Source: an uncultured SAR86 cluster bacterium (GTDB lineage Bacteria > Pseudomonadota > Gammaproteobacteria > Magnimaribacterales > AG-339-G14). Taken from it: DNA of 64,000 nucleotides. The stretch is taken from positions 559-64,558 of the forward strand of contig CABZTA010000002.1 of NCBI GenBank assembly GCA_902528485.1, given 5' to 3'. Made by a program: the position numbers and the translations under genes. Below the pieces are notes generated by a model. The model did no database searches, had not been told where the DNA came from, and saw only the letters and a program-made list of their open reading frames with translations. The stretch's first letter is position 1. Every line of letters starts with the position of its first letter. Shown here in pieces: positions 1 through 10,188 of the stretch.

Positions 1-380
1 AAACTGATCAAGGCTATGCAAAAGAATTAACAGAGAAACAATTAGAGTTGCAAAGAGAAGGAATGAAAAAGGTTTGTGGATATTCAGATATTGTAATAAC
101 TACGGCACAAGTTTTTGGTAAGCCAGCTCCTAGAATTTTATCTGAAGATATGATTTCCAGCATGCAGCCGGGAAGTGTCATTATTGATATGGCTGTCACT
201 ACAGGTGGAAATGTAGAAGGTTCTGTATTGGGTGAGACAGTCTTAAAAAATGGGGTGAAAATAATAGGGCATGAAAATCTTCCAGGGTATGTTCCGGAAC
301 ATTCCACTCAAGTATATGCAAGCAATATTTATAATTTAATTGAAGAGTTTTGGGATAAAGATTCTAAAAACTCGAATTAG
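1..380 (+). CDS. pntAA: NAD(P) transhydrogenase alpha subunit part 1 (PntAA, dI domain). The 5' end lies outside the window and the 3' end appears frameshifted.
   Basis: The frame is open from base 3 (TDQGYAKELTEKQLELQREGMKK...). DIVITTAQVFGKPAPRILSEDMISSMQPGSVIIDMAVTTGGNVEGS matches the NAD(H)-binding dI domain of proton-translocating transhydrogenase. The TTG at 48 in the ORF track is only the first in-window start-like codon. The frame stops at TAG 378-380, just after an A5 run. Confidence 0.85.
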   Translation, partial: TDQGYAKELTEKQLELQREGMKKVCGYSDIVITTAQVFGKPAPRILSEDMISSMQPGSVIIDMAVTTGGNVEGSVLGETVLKNGVKIIGHENLPGYVPEHSTQVYASNIYNLIEEFWDKDSKNSN

Positions 381-457
381 ATGAATCAGATGAAATTTTA
401 AAAAGCTGCATAGTTACAAAAGATGGTAATTACATATCAGAAATTCTAAGGAGTTAA
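374..457 (+). other. Out-of-frame continuation encoding the conserved C-terminal tail of PntAA
   Basis: The frame GAA 374 to TAA 455-457 reads ELDESDEILKSCIVTKDGNYISEILRS. This resembles the end of the dI domain (E. coli PntA ITVDFDDVVIRGVTVIRAGEITW). It ends 4 nt before the pntAB ATG. Confidence 0.6.
448..453 (+). promoter_or_regulatory. Shine-Dalgarno sequence (AAGGAG) for pntAB
   Basis: AAGGAG lies 8 nt upstream of ATG 462. Confidence 0.6.
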
Positions 458-461
458 TTTA

Positions 462-737
462 ATGGAAATGATGCTGCTACTGTTTGTCCTTGTCCTTTCA
501 ATATTTTTGGGTTTTGAGCTTATAAATAAAGTTCCATCTACTCTTCACACTCCTTTGATGTCAGGTGCTAATGCAATTTCTGGAATAACCCTTGTTGGAG
601 CAATTTTATCTTCGGGGAGCGACTCTTCAAGTATTACTATTGTCTTAGGAACAGTAGCTGTTTTCTTGGCAAGTCTTAATGTTGTTGGCGGATATTTAGT
701 CACAAATAGAATGCTTAGAATGTTTAAGAAAAAATGA
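462..737 (+). CDS. pntAB: NAD(P) transhydrogenase alpha subunit part 2 (membrane part)
   Basis: 91 aa, hydrophobic throughout. It carries the HTPLMSGANAISGITLVGA motif of the alpha-subunit membrane segment (E. coli HTPLMSVTNAISGIIVVGA) and ends ..RMLRMFKKK as in E. coli ..RMLKMFRKN. Confidence 0.9.
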   Translation: MEMMLLLFVLVLSIFLGFELINKVPSTLHTPLMSGANAISGITLVGAILSSGSDSSSITIVLGTVAVFLASLNVVGGYLVTNRMLRMFKKK

Positions 738-2164
738 TTTTAGAAGCCTTACAGAATAATACTTTTATCAACCTAAGTTACATCTTAGCTTCGGTTTTAT
801 TTATATTTGGTTTGAAAATGTTGAGCTCACCCGATACAGCTCAAAGAGGAAATTTTGTATCTTCTCTAGGAATGCTTCTTGCTGTAGTTGTAACTTTACT
901 AAGCAAAGAAATAGTTTCATTTCAATTTATCTTGATAGGTCTTATTGGAGGCGGAGCAGTTGGAGCAATTGCTGCATTAAGAATAAAAATGACATCTATG
1001 CCTGAATTAGTTGCTTTATTGAATGGCTTCGGTGGAGCATCAAGCCTTCTGGTTGCCTCTGCAGAATTATTTGCTTTAACAACTTCTAATCTAGTGGCAA
1101 TGATTGCAATAGGAATCGCAACTATCATTGGTGGGGTAACTTTCTCAGGAAGCTTAATTGCATTTGGGAAACTTTCAGAAATTATGCCCGGTAAACCTTA
1201 TTTATTTATCGGTCAAAAAATCCTCACTGGATTAATAATTTTATTACTTCTTCTATTACTTTTTCAGTTTTGTTCAGGTATTTTCTTTGCTGAAATTCTT
1301 TTTGGCTTTGATTGGATTAACGAGCAATATGCATTAATTCTTCTAATATCATTATCTCTTTTACTAGGAATTTTATTAGCCATACCTATCGGTGGTGCTG
1401 ATATGCCGGTTATCATTGCTCTTCTTAACAGTTATTCTGGTCTTGCTGCATGTGCAGCAGGATTTGTAATTGGGAACAATGTATTGATTGTTGCTGGTTC
1501 ATTAGTAGGGGCGAGCGGATTGATCCTTACAAATATAATGTGTAAGGCAATGAACAGATCATTGCTTAACGTTCTTTTTGGAGGTTTTGGTGCAATTGAT
1601 TCCTCCTCGTCTTCGGGTGAAGGAAAGGTTCAAGGTGATGTAAAGCCTATAAACATTGGAGATTCTTACCTCGTATTAGAGGCTGCTTCAACAGTTCTTA
1701 TCGTTCCAGGTTATGGGATGGCTGTTTCTCAAGCCCAACACTCTGTAAGGGAGTTAGGGGAGTTGCTTCAAGATAATGGTTGCGAGGTTAAATATGCAAT
1801 TCATCCAGTTGCTGGCAGGATGCCAGGACATATGAATGTGCTTTTAGCAGAAGCAAATGTTTCATACGATGTTCTTGTTGAGCCTCAAGATGTAAATCCT
1901 ATTATGGATACCATAGATGTATGCATTGTCATTGGTGCTAATGATGTTGTGAATCCTGATGCTAGAGAGGACGAATCAAGCCCTATATATGGAATGCCCG
2001 TCATAGAGGTTGATAGAGCTAAAACAGTGTTTGTCTTAAAAAGATCCATGGCTTCTGGTTTCGCAGGAATACAAAATAGTTTATTTTTTAAACAAAATAC
2101 TCGCATGCTTTTTGGTGATGCAAAAGAGTCTGTAAGTGGTTTAGTTTCTGAGTTTAAGTCATAA
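734..2164 (+). CDS. pntB: NAD(P) transhydrogenase beta subunit
   Basis: 476 aa. It has an N-terminal polytopic membrane part and a C-terminal NADP(H)-binding dIII domain (PGYGMAVSQAQH, HPVAGRMPGHMNVLLAEA, VIGANDVVNP). ATGA overlap with pntAB. Confidence 0.92.
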   Translation: MILEALQNNTFINLSYILASVLFIFGLKMLSSPDTAQRGNFVSSLGMLLAVVVTLLSKEIVSFQFILIGLIGGGAVGAIAALRIKMTSMPELVALLNGFGGASSLLVASAELFALTTSNLVAMIAIGIATIIGGVTFSGSLIAFGKLSEIMPGKPYLFIGQKILTGLIILLLLLLLFQFCSGIFFAEILFGFDWINEQYALILLISLSLLLGILLAIPIGGADMPVIIALLNSYSGLAACAAGFVIGNNVLIVAGSLVGASGLILTNIMCKAMNRSLLNVLFGGFGAIDSSSSSGEGKVQGDVKPINIGDSYLVLEAASTVLIVPGYGMAVSQAQHSVRELGELLQDNGCEVKYAIHPVAGRMPGHMNVLLAEANVSYDVLVEPQDVNPIMDTIDVCIVIGANDVVNPDAREDESSPIYGMPVIEVDRAKTVFVLKRSMASGFAGIQNSLFFKQNTRMLFGDAKESVSGLVSEFKS

Positions 2165-2256
2165 AATAAACCCCTAAGAATACGTTAGAAATGCTATAAT
2201 TTATTCAGTATTTTGAGCTTATTTTCTATTGATTTTTCTTAGTATCATTACATTGA

Positions 2257-4785
2257 ATGACAGACATTTCTGACGATAAAGATTCCACTATAAGTATTGA
2301 GGAAGAGCTTAAATCTTCCTATATGGATTACGCAATGAGCGTAATTGTAGGAAGAGCATTGCCTGATGCTAGAGATGGGCTAAAGCCAGTTCATAGGAGA
2401 ACATTATTTGCCATGAATGTAGAGGGCAATGATTGGAATAGGGCTTATAAAAAGTCAGCAAGAATAGTTGGTAACGTCATAGGTAAATATCATCCTCACG
2501 GAGACGCTGCCGTCTATCACACGCTTGTTAGAATGGCTCAAGATTTTGCTCTTCGTTATACCTTAGTTGATGGTCAAGGAAACTTTGGATCTATGGATGG
2601 AGATCCTCCAGCAGCAATGAGATATACCGAAGTCAGACTTTCAAAAATTGCTCATGAACTACTTGCAGATTTAAATAAAGATACAGTTAATTTTGTGGAA
2701 AATTATGATGGCACTGAGTTAATGCCCGAAGTTCTTCCTACAAAAATTCCAAATCTTCTTGTTAACGGCTCTTCTGGAATTGCAGTAGGCATGGCTACAA
2801 ACATGCTTCCTCATAATTTAACTGAGTCTATACAAGCATGTTTGTTGCTTATTGATAATCCGGATGCTGATATTGATTCTCTTTTAGAGATTATACCTGG
2901 TCCAGATTTTCCAACTGGCGGGTTTATTAATGGAAGAGCTGGCCTTATTGAAGCAGCAAAAACTGGAAAGGGCAGAGTCTATCTCAGAGCAAAAGCTGAC
3001 ATAGAAACAGACAAAAAAGACCGTAGCAAAATCATAGTTTCTGAAATTCCATACCAAGTAGATAAATCAAGATTGGTAGAGAAAATTGCTGAACTTTCCA
3101 AAGAAAAAAGAATTGAGGGAATTTCTGAAATAAGAGACGAGTCTAATAAAGATGGCGTCAGAATAGTAATTGAAATTAGATCTGGTCAATCTCCAGAAGT
3201 TATCCTTAATAACTTATATGCATTGACTCCTTTGGAAAATGTTTACGGGATCAATAACGTAGCATTAATAAACAACGTCCCAAAACTTTTAAATACAAAA
3301 CAAATTCTTGAAGTATTTATTGATCATAGGAAAGAGGTAGTAACTAGAAGAACAAAATTTGATCTAGAAAAAGCAAAAAATAGATCTCATGTTCTTGAGG
3401 GACTTACCGTAGCTTTAGAAAACATAGATCCTGTTATAGATTTGATTAAAAAATCAAAGGATGGACAAGAAGCCAAGAAAAAATTGTTATCAAAATCATG
3501 GAAAGCCTCTAATGTGGTTAAGCTTCTCAAAGCATCTGGCGCTGATATATCCGGAAGTAAAAAAAATGATTTTGGATTGTCCGGAAATAAATACCAACTA
3601 TCGGATCACCAGGCACAGGCAATATTAGATCTCAGACTTCAAAGACTTACTGGACTTGAACAAGAATCATTAAAAAAGGAATATGCTGAAATATTAGATC
3701 AGATAAAAAAATTACAAGAAATTCTTTCTGATAAAAATAAGCTCATAAGCGTTATCAAAGATGAGCTAAATGAGATTAAAGAAGAGTATGGAGATGCTAG
3801 AAAGACTCCTATCGAGGATAAGCTGGATCTGACTGATGAGGATTTGATCAAACAGGAAGATATGGTTGTGACTATCTCTCATCTAGGTTATGCAAAAACT
3901 CAGTCTCTTGAAGTTTATAGATCTCAACGAAGAGGCGGTGTAGGTAAAACGGCTGCATCTGTAAAAGATGAGGATTTTGTAGAGCAGCTTATAGTTGCTA
4001 ATACTCATTCAACGCTTTTATGTTTTTCTAATTTAGGCAAAGTATATTGGCTTAAGGTTTATCAAATCCCTACAGCATCAAGAGTTGCCAAAGGTAGGCC
4101 GCTAATAAACTTAATAAATTTAGATGAAGGAGAGAGAATAACGAGTTTATTGAACGTTGAATCGTTTGAAGAGCCAGGATTTGTTTTTATGGCAACGAAA
4201 AAAGGCGTCGTAAAGAAAACTTCATTAGATGAATTTAAAAGACAATGGAAAGTTGGAAAAAGAGCTATAAAACTTGATCCTGATGATGAATTAGTAGGCT
4301 CAACTTTAACCGATGGAGAAAAATTCATGATGCTAGTTTCTCAATCTGGTAAAGCAGTTTTTTTTGATGAAAAGGAAGCTAGATCAATGGGAAGGGCTGC
4401 TAGGGGAGTTAAAGGAATTAATTTGGGGAAAGATGATCAGGTCATATCTCTTCTTGTTCCAGAGAAAGAAAATACAATCTTCACTGTTTCTGAAAACGGT
4501 TATGGGAAAAGAACAAATGTCGATGACTTCAGAAAAACCAGGAGAGGAGCCAAAGGTGTTATCGCAATGCAAACCTCCGATAGGAATGGATTACTTATAG
4601 GCGCAAATCAGGTTATAGAAGACCAAGAAATAATGTTGATAAGTAACAAAGGTACCTTAGTCAGAACTAAAGTTGATCAAATTAATGTTATCGGAAGAAA
4701 TACTCAAGGAGTAACTGTTATAAAACTTAAAGACTCAGAAAAGCTTGTGGGGCTGGCTTCTATAATTGAAGATACAGATGACTAG
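2257..4785 (+). CDS. gyrA: DNA gyrase subunit A
   Basis: 842 aa. Motifs: DGLKPVHRR, the [23 protein letters not shown], the catalytic Tyr region AAMRYTE, and C-terminal repeated beta-pinwheel blades. Confidence 0.97.
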   Translation: MTDISDDKDSTISIEEELKSSYMDYAMSVIVGRALPDARDGLKPVHRRTLFAMNVEGNDWNRAYKKSARIVGNVIGKYHPHGDAAVYHTLVRMAQDFALRYTLVDGQGNFGSMDGDPPAAMRYTEVRLSKIAHELLADLNKDTVNFVENYDGTELMPEVLPTKIPNLLVNGSSGIAVGMATNMLPHNLTESIQACLLLIDNPDADIDSLLEIIPGPDFPTGGFINGRAGLIEAAKTGKGRVYLRAKADIETDKKDRSKIIVSEIPYQVDKSRLVEKIAELSKEKRIEGISEIRDESNKDGVRIVIEIRSGQSPEVILNNLYALTPLENVYGINNVALINNVPKLLNTKQILEVFIDHRKEVVTRRTKFDLEKAKNRSHVLEGLTVALENIDPVIDLIKKSKDGQEAKKKLLSKSWKASNVVKLLKASGADISGSKKNDFGLSGNKYQLSDHQAQAILDLRLQRLTGLEQESLKKEYAEILDQIKKLQEILSDKNKLISVIKDELNEIKEEYGDARKTPIEDKLDLTDEDLIKQEDMVVTISHLGYAKTQSLEVYRSQRRGGVGKTAASVKDEDFVEQLIVANTHSTLLCFSNLGKVYWLKVYQIPTASRVAKGRPLINLINLDEGERITSLLNVESFEEPGFVFMATKKGVVKKTSLDEFKRQWKVGKRAIKLDPDDELVGSTLTDGEKFMMLVSQSGKAVFFDEKEARSMGRAARGVKGINLGKDDQVISLLVPEKENTIFTVSENGYGKRTNVDDFRKTRRGAKGVIAMQTSDRNGLLIGANQVIEDQEIMLISNKGTLVRTKVDQINVIGRNTQGVTVIKLKDSEKLVGLASIIEDTDD

Positions 4786-5857
4786 GGCATTTAATTTTTG
4801 TGCAGGTCCAGCTGCGCTTCCTGAAGAAGTCTTGAAGGAGTTACAAGAAGAAACTTTAGATTATAAAAATCATGGTTTAGCGGTTATGGAAATGAGCCAT
4901 AGAAGCAAAGAGTTTGTATCCATAGCGGAGCAAGCAAAACAGGATTTCATTGATTTATTATCTATACCTGATGAGTACGATGTTTTATTTATTCAAGGAG
5001 GCGCCAGTCTACAATTTTCAATGATTCCAATGAATCTTGGAAATAAGAATCAAAAACTAGATTACTTAGAGGTCGGATCGTGGTCTAAAAAAGCTATAGC
5101 TGAAGCTAAAAAATTTCATGACGTTAACATAGCTGCATCTTCAAAAGATATTTCATTCAAAAAATATCCTTCAATAAATGACTGGAATATTACAGAAGAT
5201 TCCTCATACATACATATGGTGATGAATGAGACAATTGAAGGAGTTGCATGCAGGTCATTAAATGATTTACCAGAAAAAGTAATAGTTTCTGACTGTTCTT
5301 CCAATATACTTTCCGAGCCTCTAGATATAAAAAAGTTTGGACTCATTTATGCAGGCGCTCAAAAAAATATTGGTCCAGCTGGGCTAGCAATTGTAATTAT
5401 TCGAAAAGACTTAATTCAAAAAAGAGATGATCTTCCTGCTTTAATGAGTTATCAGACATATGCAGATTCAGAATCAATGTACAACACGCCTCCTACATTT
5501 GCTTGGTATCTTTCAGGAAAAGTTTTTTCTTGGCTTAAAAGAAACGGTGGCCTTAAATCAATTGAAGAAATTAATCTGAGAAAAGCAAAAAAACTATACG
5601 ATTACATAGACAAAAGTGATTTTTACTACAACGATGTATCTATCGAGAGTAGGTCTATCATGAATGTTCCATTCTTGTTGAACGATGATTCCCTAAATGA
5701 TTCATTTCTTAAAGAAAGCGAAAAAGAAGGTTTACTGAATCTTGCTGGTCATAGATCAGTTGGAGGGATGAGAGCTAGCATATACAATGCTGTGCCAGAA
5801 GAAGCTATAGATGCCCTAGTTTCTTTTATGGATGTATTTGCAAGTAAGTATGGCTAA
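4778..5857 (+). CDS. serC: Phosphoserine aminotransferase
   Basis: The N-terminus [15 protein letters not shown] resembles E. coli SerC MAQIFNFSSGPAMLP. Class V aminotransferase length. ATG 4778 is preferred over the track TTG 4766. 8-nt overlap with gyrA. Confidence 0.9.
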   Translation: MTRAFNFCAGPAALPEEVLKELQEETLDYKNHGLAVMEMSHRSKEFVSIAEQAKQDFIDLLSIPDEYDVLFIQGGASLQFSMIPMNLGNKNQKLDYLEVGSWSKKAIAEAKKFHDVNIAASSKDISFKKYPSINDWNITEDSSYIHMVMNETIEGVACRSLNDLPEKVIVSDCSSNILSEPLDIKKFGLIYAGAQKNIGPAGLAIVIIRKDLIQKRDDLPALMSYQTYADSESMYNTPPTFAWYLSGKVFSWLKRNGGLKSIEEINLRKAKKLYDYIDKSDFYYNDVSIESRSIMNVPFLLNDDSLNDSFLKESEKEGLLNLAGHRSVGGMRASIYNAVPEEAIDALVSFMDVFASKYG

Positions 5858-6941
5858 CTCAAAATTAGAAAAATCATTAGGTTTAATTCGTAAGAAAATT
5901 GATTTAATCGATGACCAGATGCTCTCTCTGCTTGAAGAAAGGGTCTCCTTGGTTATTGATGCCGAGAATTTAAAAAAAAATACATCGAAAGGCCCTTTTT
6001 ATCGTCCAGATAGAGAAAAAGAAATTATTAGGCGTTTACAATCTTTGAATAACTCGCCGCTAGAGGATAATAAAATTCGAACAATTTTTCAGGATATTAT
6101 ATCTGCTTGTTTTTCAACAGCATTTGAAATTAAGGTCGCATATTTGGGGCCTGAAGGTTCATTTTCAGAAAAGGCAGCAAAAAAACACTTCGGGTCCTCT
6201 ACAAATTTTGTTCCCTGCGGATCTATCAGAGAAATTATAGATTCAGTTGAAGAAAATTCTGAATATTATGGAGTTTTGCCAATTGAAAATTCAACTGAGG
6301 GTCTTGTTAACTCTACTTTAGATGAAATCATTGAAAGTAATCTAAAGATTTGCAGTGAGATAAGCATTCCAATTAATTTAAGCCTTATATCAAAGAAAAA
6401 CATTGCTCTTTCGAGCATTAAAACTATCTTTGCGCATAGCCAGGCTTTTGCACAGTCCCAGTCTTGGATGAGTAAAAACTTACCTAAAGCAATAAAAAAA
6501 GATGTAACAAGTAATTCTCAAGGTGTATTGCAGTCAAAAAAAACAAATTATTCCGCTGCCATAGCTTCTATTGAGGCTGCAAAAAAGTACGACATGAAAG
6601 TTTTGAAGCGAAATATTCAAGATTACAAAAATAATAAAACAAGATTTATTATTGTAGGAAATCATGATGTTTCAGCTACACGAGACGATAAAACCAGCAT
6701 AAGCATAATAACAAAAAATAAGTCTGGGGCACTTTCAGATATTTTAGAAAAGTTCAAAGATCAAAAAATCAATCTTACAAACATTCAATCGAGGCCAACT
6801 AAAAAGAACAACTGGGAATACATGTTTTTTATAGAATTAGATGGCCACACGTCTGATAAAAATGTGGACAATGCGCTAAAAAAAATATCACGGCTATCAC
6901 TAAATTTAAAAGTTTTGGGATCCTATCCCAAAGGAATTTAA
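5850..6941 (+). CDS. pheA: Bifunctional chorismate mutase / prephenate dehydratase (P-protein)
   Basis: N-terminal chorismate-mutase helix (LIRKKIDLIDDQMLSLLEERVSL), dehydratase core (VAYLGPEGSFSE ... NKTRFIIVG) and a C-terminal ACT region (IQSRPTKK). ATG 5850 is preferred; ATG 5832 is also possible. Confidence 0.88.
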   Translation: MANSKLEKSLGLIRKKIDLIDDQMLSLLEERVSLVIDAENLKKNTSKGPFYRPDREKEIIRRLQSLNNSPLEDNKIRTIFQDIISACFSTAFEIKVAYLGPEGSFSEKAAKKHFGSSTNFVPCGSIREIIDSVEENSEYYGVLPIENSTEGLVNSTLDEIIESNLKICSEISIPINLSLISKKNIALSSIKTIFAHSQAFAQSQSWMSKNLPKAIKKDVTSNSQGVLQSKKTNYSAAIASIEAAKKYDMKVLKRNIQDYKNNKTRFIIVGNHDVSATRDDKTSISIITKNKSGALSDILEKFKDQKINLTNIQSRPTKKNNWEYMFFIELDGHTSDKNVDNALKKISRLSLNLKVLGSYPKGI

Positions 6942-8050
6942 TGAAAAAGACTTTTCCCGAAGATAGAGTAAATCTTGGTGTAAATAAGATAACTCCTTAT
7001 CAACCTGGAAAATCATCCGTTAGCCTTAACATGAGCAAAGAAAAGCTGATAAAGCTTGCCAGCAACGAGAATCCTATAGGTCCTAGTAAGTTAGCTACCA
7101 AAGCAATTAGTCATATTGTTGAAGAAGCGCATAGATATCCAGATGGAAATGGAACAAAAATAAAACAAGAAATTTCAAAGTTGGAAAAAGTTCCACTTGA
7201 TTGCATTACGTTAGGAAACGGATCCAATGATTTGATTGAGTTTACAGCCAGGGCTTTTTTAACTAATGGAGATAATGCACTTTATTTTAAACATGGATTT
7301 GCAATATATCCCCTTGCCATCCTAGCAACAGGAGCAGATTTAAGAGAATTGCCTGTGACTGAAAATTATCATCAAGACTTAACTTCAGTCATTAATTTCA
7401 TTGATGAAAAATCTAAAGTAATTTTTATCGCATCGCCAAATAATCCTACAGGATCAGCAAATACATTATTTGAAATTGAAGCAATGCTGAATGATTTACC
7501 AAATGATTTAATTGTCTTTCTTGATCAGGCTTACTTTGAATATATTGAAGATGAACATTACAAACTACCTTTTGATTTGATCGATAAGTATCAAAATTTA
7601 GTAATTTCTAGGAGTTTTTCAAAGGCGCATGGTCTTGCGGCCTATAGACTTGGCTACAGCATTTCATCTCAAAAAATTGCAGATTATTTAAATCGTGTTA
7701 GACAGCCATTCAATGTAAGTTCTTTTGCTCTTGAGGCGGGTATTGCATCTTTAAATGATAAGGAGCATTTAAGAGAATCTATTGATTTAAACCTAAAAGA
7801 AAAAAATAAATTAATGCAGTTCTTTAATGAAGAAAATATTGAATATCTGCCTACTCAAGGTAATTTCTTTTCTTTTAGTTTGGGCATGGACTCTGATGAA
7901 ACCTTTGAAGCTTTTTTAAATGAAGGAATCATATTGAGATCTCTCAAATCTTACAATATGGACAAATTTGTAAGGGTAAGCATTGGACAGGAATTTGAAA
8001 ACGATGCTTTTATTGAGGCTGCAAAAAAGATTAAAGGCTCAATCAATTGA
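6941..8050 (+). CDS. hisC: Histidinol-phosphate / aromatic aminotransferase (class II)
   Basis: LASNENPIGPS and SRSFSKAHGLAAYRLGY (PLP-lysine motif). Its position between pheA and tyrA matches Pseudomonas hisC2. Confidence 0.85.
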   Translation: MKKTFPEDRVNLGVNKITPYQPGKSSVSLNMSKEKLIKLASNENPIGPSKLATKAISHIVEEAHRYPDGNGTKIKQEISKLEKVPLDCITLGNGSNDLIEFTARAFLTNGDNALYFKHGFAIYPLAILATGADLRELPVTENYHQDLTSVINFIDEKSKVIFIASPNNPTGSANTLFEIEAMLNDLPNDLIVFLDQAYFEYIEDEHYKLPFDLIDKYQNLVISRSFSKAHGLAAYRLGYSISSQKIADYLNRVRQPFNVSSFALEAGIASLNDKEHLRESIDLNLKEKNKLMQFFNEENIEYLPTQGNFFSFSLGMDSDETFEAFLNEGIILRSLKSYNMDKFVRVSIGQEFENDAFIEAAKKIKGSIN

Positions 8051-8877
8051 AAGAACAAATACTAATATTTGGTCTAGGTCATATTGGAGGATCCATAGCC
8101 AAATCTCTTTGCAAACAGGGAATTAGTGTCTATGCAGAGGATTTGAGTAAAAAAACAATCAGATATGCAATAAAAAATAAAATCATTAAAGGAACATTGT
8201 CAGATTTAGATCTTTCAAAACCTTATTCAATTATTTTCTCTACTCCTCCAATTGTTACCAATGAATTAATTAACAAAAACAAAGATCTCATTAAAAATGC
8301 TGTTCTTTTCACTGAGACATCCAGCTCAAAAAATAAGATAAAAAAGAATGCTTTTATCAATAAAATTGAGAATGCTATTCTTTCCCATCCGATTGCAGGG
8401 AACGAAGGAAGCGGTATAGATGCTTCTGACATGAAACTTTTTAATAACAAAATTTGTATTCTTTCTCCGTTGAAAATGACATCGAGAAATTCAATTACAA
8501 AAGCACAAAAATTATGGGAATCTATAGGTTCTAATTGTATAAAAATGGATTTAAATTCTCATGACAAAATACTAGCAGCTACAAGTCACCTACCACATGT
8601 AATAAGTTTTAGCTTAATGAGATATATCGAAAAATCCTCAAACATAAAGAATAAAGTCCTTATGGGAGGAGGACTAAAAGACTTCACTAGAATTTCTTCA
8701 AGTGATCCTGAAATGTGGAGCGATATTTTTGATCTTAATAAAAAGGAAATTTTAAATTCAATAAAAGGTTTTAAAAGAGAATTAGAGGTAATGGAAAAAA
8801 ATATCTTAAGAAGTCGCTCAAATACTAAAAATTTAATTACTGAATCCAATAAAGCAAGAAAAAAAATAATTGACTGA
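8047..8877 (+). CDS. tyrA: Prephenate (or arogenate) dehydrogenase
   Basis: 276 aa. Rossmann motif ILIFGLGHIGGSIA, plus HPIAG and ATSHLPH motifs. The TTG start overlaps the hisC stop. Confidence 0.8.
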   Translation: MKEQILIFGLGHIGGSIAKSLCKQGISVYAEDLSKKTIRYAIKNKIIKGTLSDLDLSKPYSIIFSTPPIVTNELINKNKDLIKNAVLFTETSSSKNKIKKNAFINKIENAILSHPIAGNEGSGIDASDMKLFNNKICILSPLKMTSRNSITKAQKLWESIGSNCIKMDLNSHDKILAATSHLPHVISFSLMRYIEKSSNIKNKVLMGGGLKDFTRISSSDPEMWSDIFDLNKKEILNSIKGFKRELEVMEKNILRSRSNTKNLITESNKARKKIID

Positions 8878-10188
8878 ATGACCACACTATTAAAGTCATC
8901 GAAGCAAAATAGCCTTTCAGGAGAGATTGTTATTCCAGGTGATAAATCTATCTCGCATAGAGCAATCTTATTTGGACTTTTAAGTAAAGGAAAAACGCAA
9001 ATTCATGGCTCACAAAATAGCGAAGATGTTCTTAATTCGCTCAACGTTGCTAAATTGCTAGGAATTGAAACCAAAGTTAAAAGCTCTATTATTTTTCTTG
9101 ATTCCCCTGGCATGGAAGCATTGTCTGCTCCAACAAACGATCTTTATTTTGGTAACTCTGGAACAGGTATGAGACTTTTTGCAGGATTCTTAAGCTCGTT
9201 AAGCTTTTCATCCACATTGACCGGAGATGCTTCTCTTTCAAAACGTCCAATGATGAGAATTATTGACCCTTTGCAAAAAATGGGAGCAAAAATTTCTGCA
9301 ACTAATAAAGAAAATCCTCCTCTTAATATTAGTCCTTCAAACGGTTTAAAAGGAATTACTTACAAAATGCCAATTGCAAGTGCGCAAGTAAAATCCTCAA
9401 TTTTATTGGCAGGATTAAATGCGGAAGGTAAAACTCTGGTACAAGAAAAATATGCAACCAGAGATCATACAGAAAGGATGATGAAAACTTTTGAAGCTAA
9501 TATTTCATCTTCTAACGGGATTATTGAAATTGAAAAAAGTGATTTAAAAACCCCAGGGCAGATTGAAGTTCCTGGAGATTTTTCATCGGCTGCCTTTTTT
9601 ATTAGTGCATGCCTTATTTCAGAGAATTCAGAAATAATAATTAAAAATGTTGGAATAAATGAGACTAGAAAAGCTTTTCTTGACTGTCTTTTAGATATGA
9701 GAGCAAACATAGATCTTACAAATATCAGACAATTAGGAAACGAAGAAGTGGCTGATTTAGTTATAAAGTCATCGGACTTATTACCTGCAAAAATTACGGA
9801 AGATATCGTTCCTAATTTAATTGATGAGCTACCCTTATTTTTCTTAATTGCTAGCTTGATAGAAGGAGAGTCAGAATTTATCGGTTTATCAGAATTGAAG
9901 CACAAAGAGAGCGACAGACTTTCAATCATGATCAATAACCTTAAAGAACTAGATGTTGAAGTTCATTTCAATGAGGACAGTCTAAAAATAGTTGGTAAAA
10001 ACGATAGAATTTTTTCTGATGGAGTATTTGATTCGCATGGGGATCATAGAATCGCGATGACAATGTTAGTAGCAGGCCTGAGGTCTCCAAAAGGAGTGAT
10101 AGTGAAGAATATAGATTGCATCAATACTTCTTTTCCTGAATTTGTCGATCAAGCAAAATTATTGGGATTCAATTTAAATAATGGATAA
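8878..10188 (+). CDS. aroA: 3-phosphoshikimate 1-carboxyvinyltransferase (EPSP synthase)
   Basis: 436 aa. Motifs PGDKSISHR, GNSGTGMRL, LKHKESDR and DHRIAM. Confidence 0.95.
   Translation: MTTLLKSSKQNSLSGEIVIPGDKSISHRAILFGLLSKGKTQIHGSQNSEDVLNSLNVAKLLGIETKVKSSIIFLDSPGMEALSAPTNDLYFGNSGTGMRLFAGFLSSLSFSSTLTGDASLSKRPMMRIIDPLQKMGAKISATNKENPPLNISPSNGLKGITYKMPIASAQVKSSILLAGLNAEGKTLVQEKYATRDHTERMMKTFEANISSSNGIIEIEKSDLKTPGQIEVPGDFSSAAFFISACLISENSEIIIKNVGINETRKAFLDCLLDMRANIDLTNIRQLGNEEVADLVIKSSDLLPAKITEDIVPNLIDELPLFFLIASLIEGESEFIGLSELKHKESDRLSIMINNLKELDVEVHFNEDSLKIVGKNDRIFSDGVFDSHGDHRIAMTMLVAGLRSPKGVIVKNIDCINTSFPEFVDQAKLLGFNLNNG

Noticed and set aside
2192-2200. Extended -10-like TGCTATAAT upstream of gyrA. 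Similar matches are TGATATAAT at 12801-12809 upstream of pyrF and TATAAT at 48237-48242 upstream of the FkbM-like gene.
   Set aside because: They are seen in the sequence, but no convincing -35 element accompanies them. In DNA this AT-rich, TATAAT-like hexamers occur by chance very often, so they are not reported as features without transcription-start data.
9465-9935. A 156-aa antisense ORF inside aroA, and a similar 139-aa one at 36908-37327 inside the Zn-dehydrogenase gene. Both are surprisingly long for an AT-rich genome.
   Set aside because: In this antisense register a stop requires the sense dinucleotide-codon patterns NNT-TAN, NNC-TAN or NNT-CAN. That means a Tyr, His or Gln codon after a pyrimidine-ending codon. 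The corresponding AroA segment has no Tyr and only one His and two Gln, so the open frame is a composition artefact. The translation is Ser/Ile/Lys-rich with no motifs.
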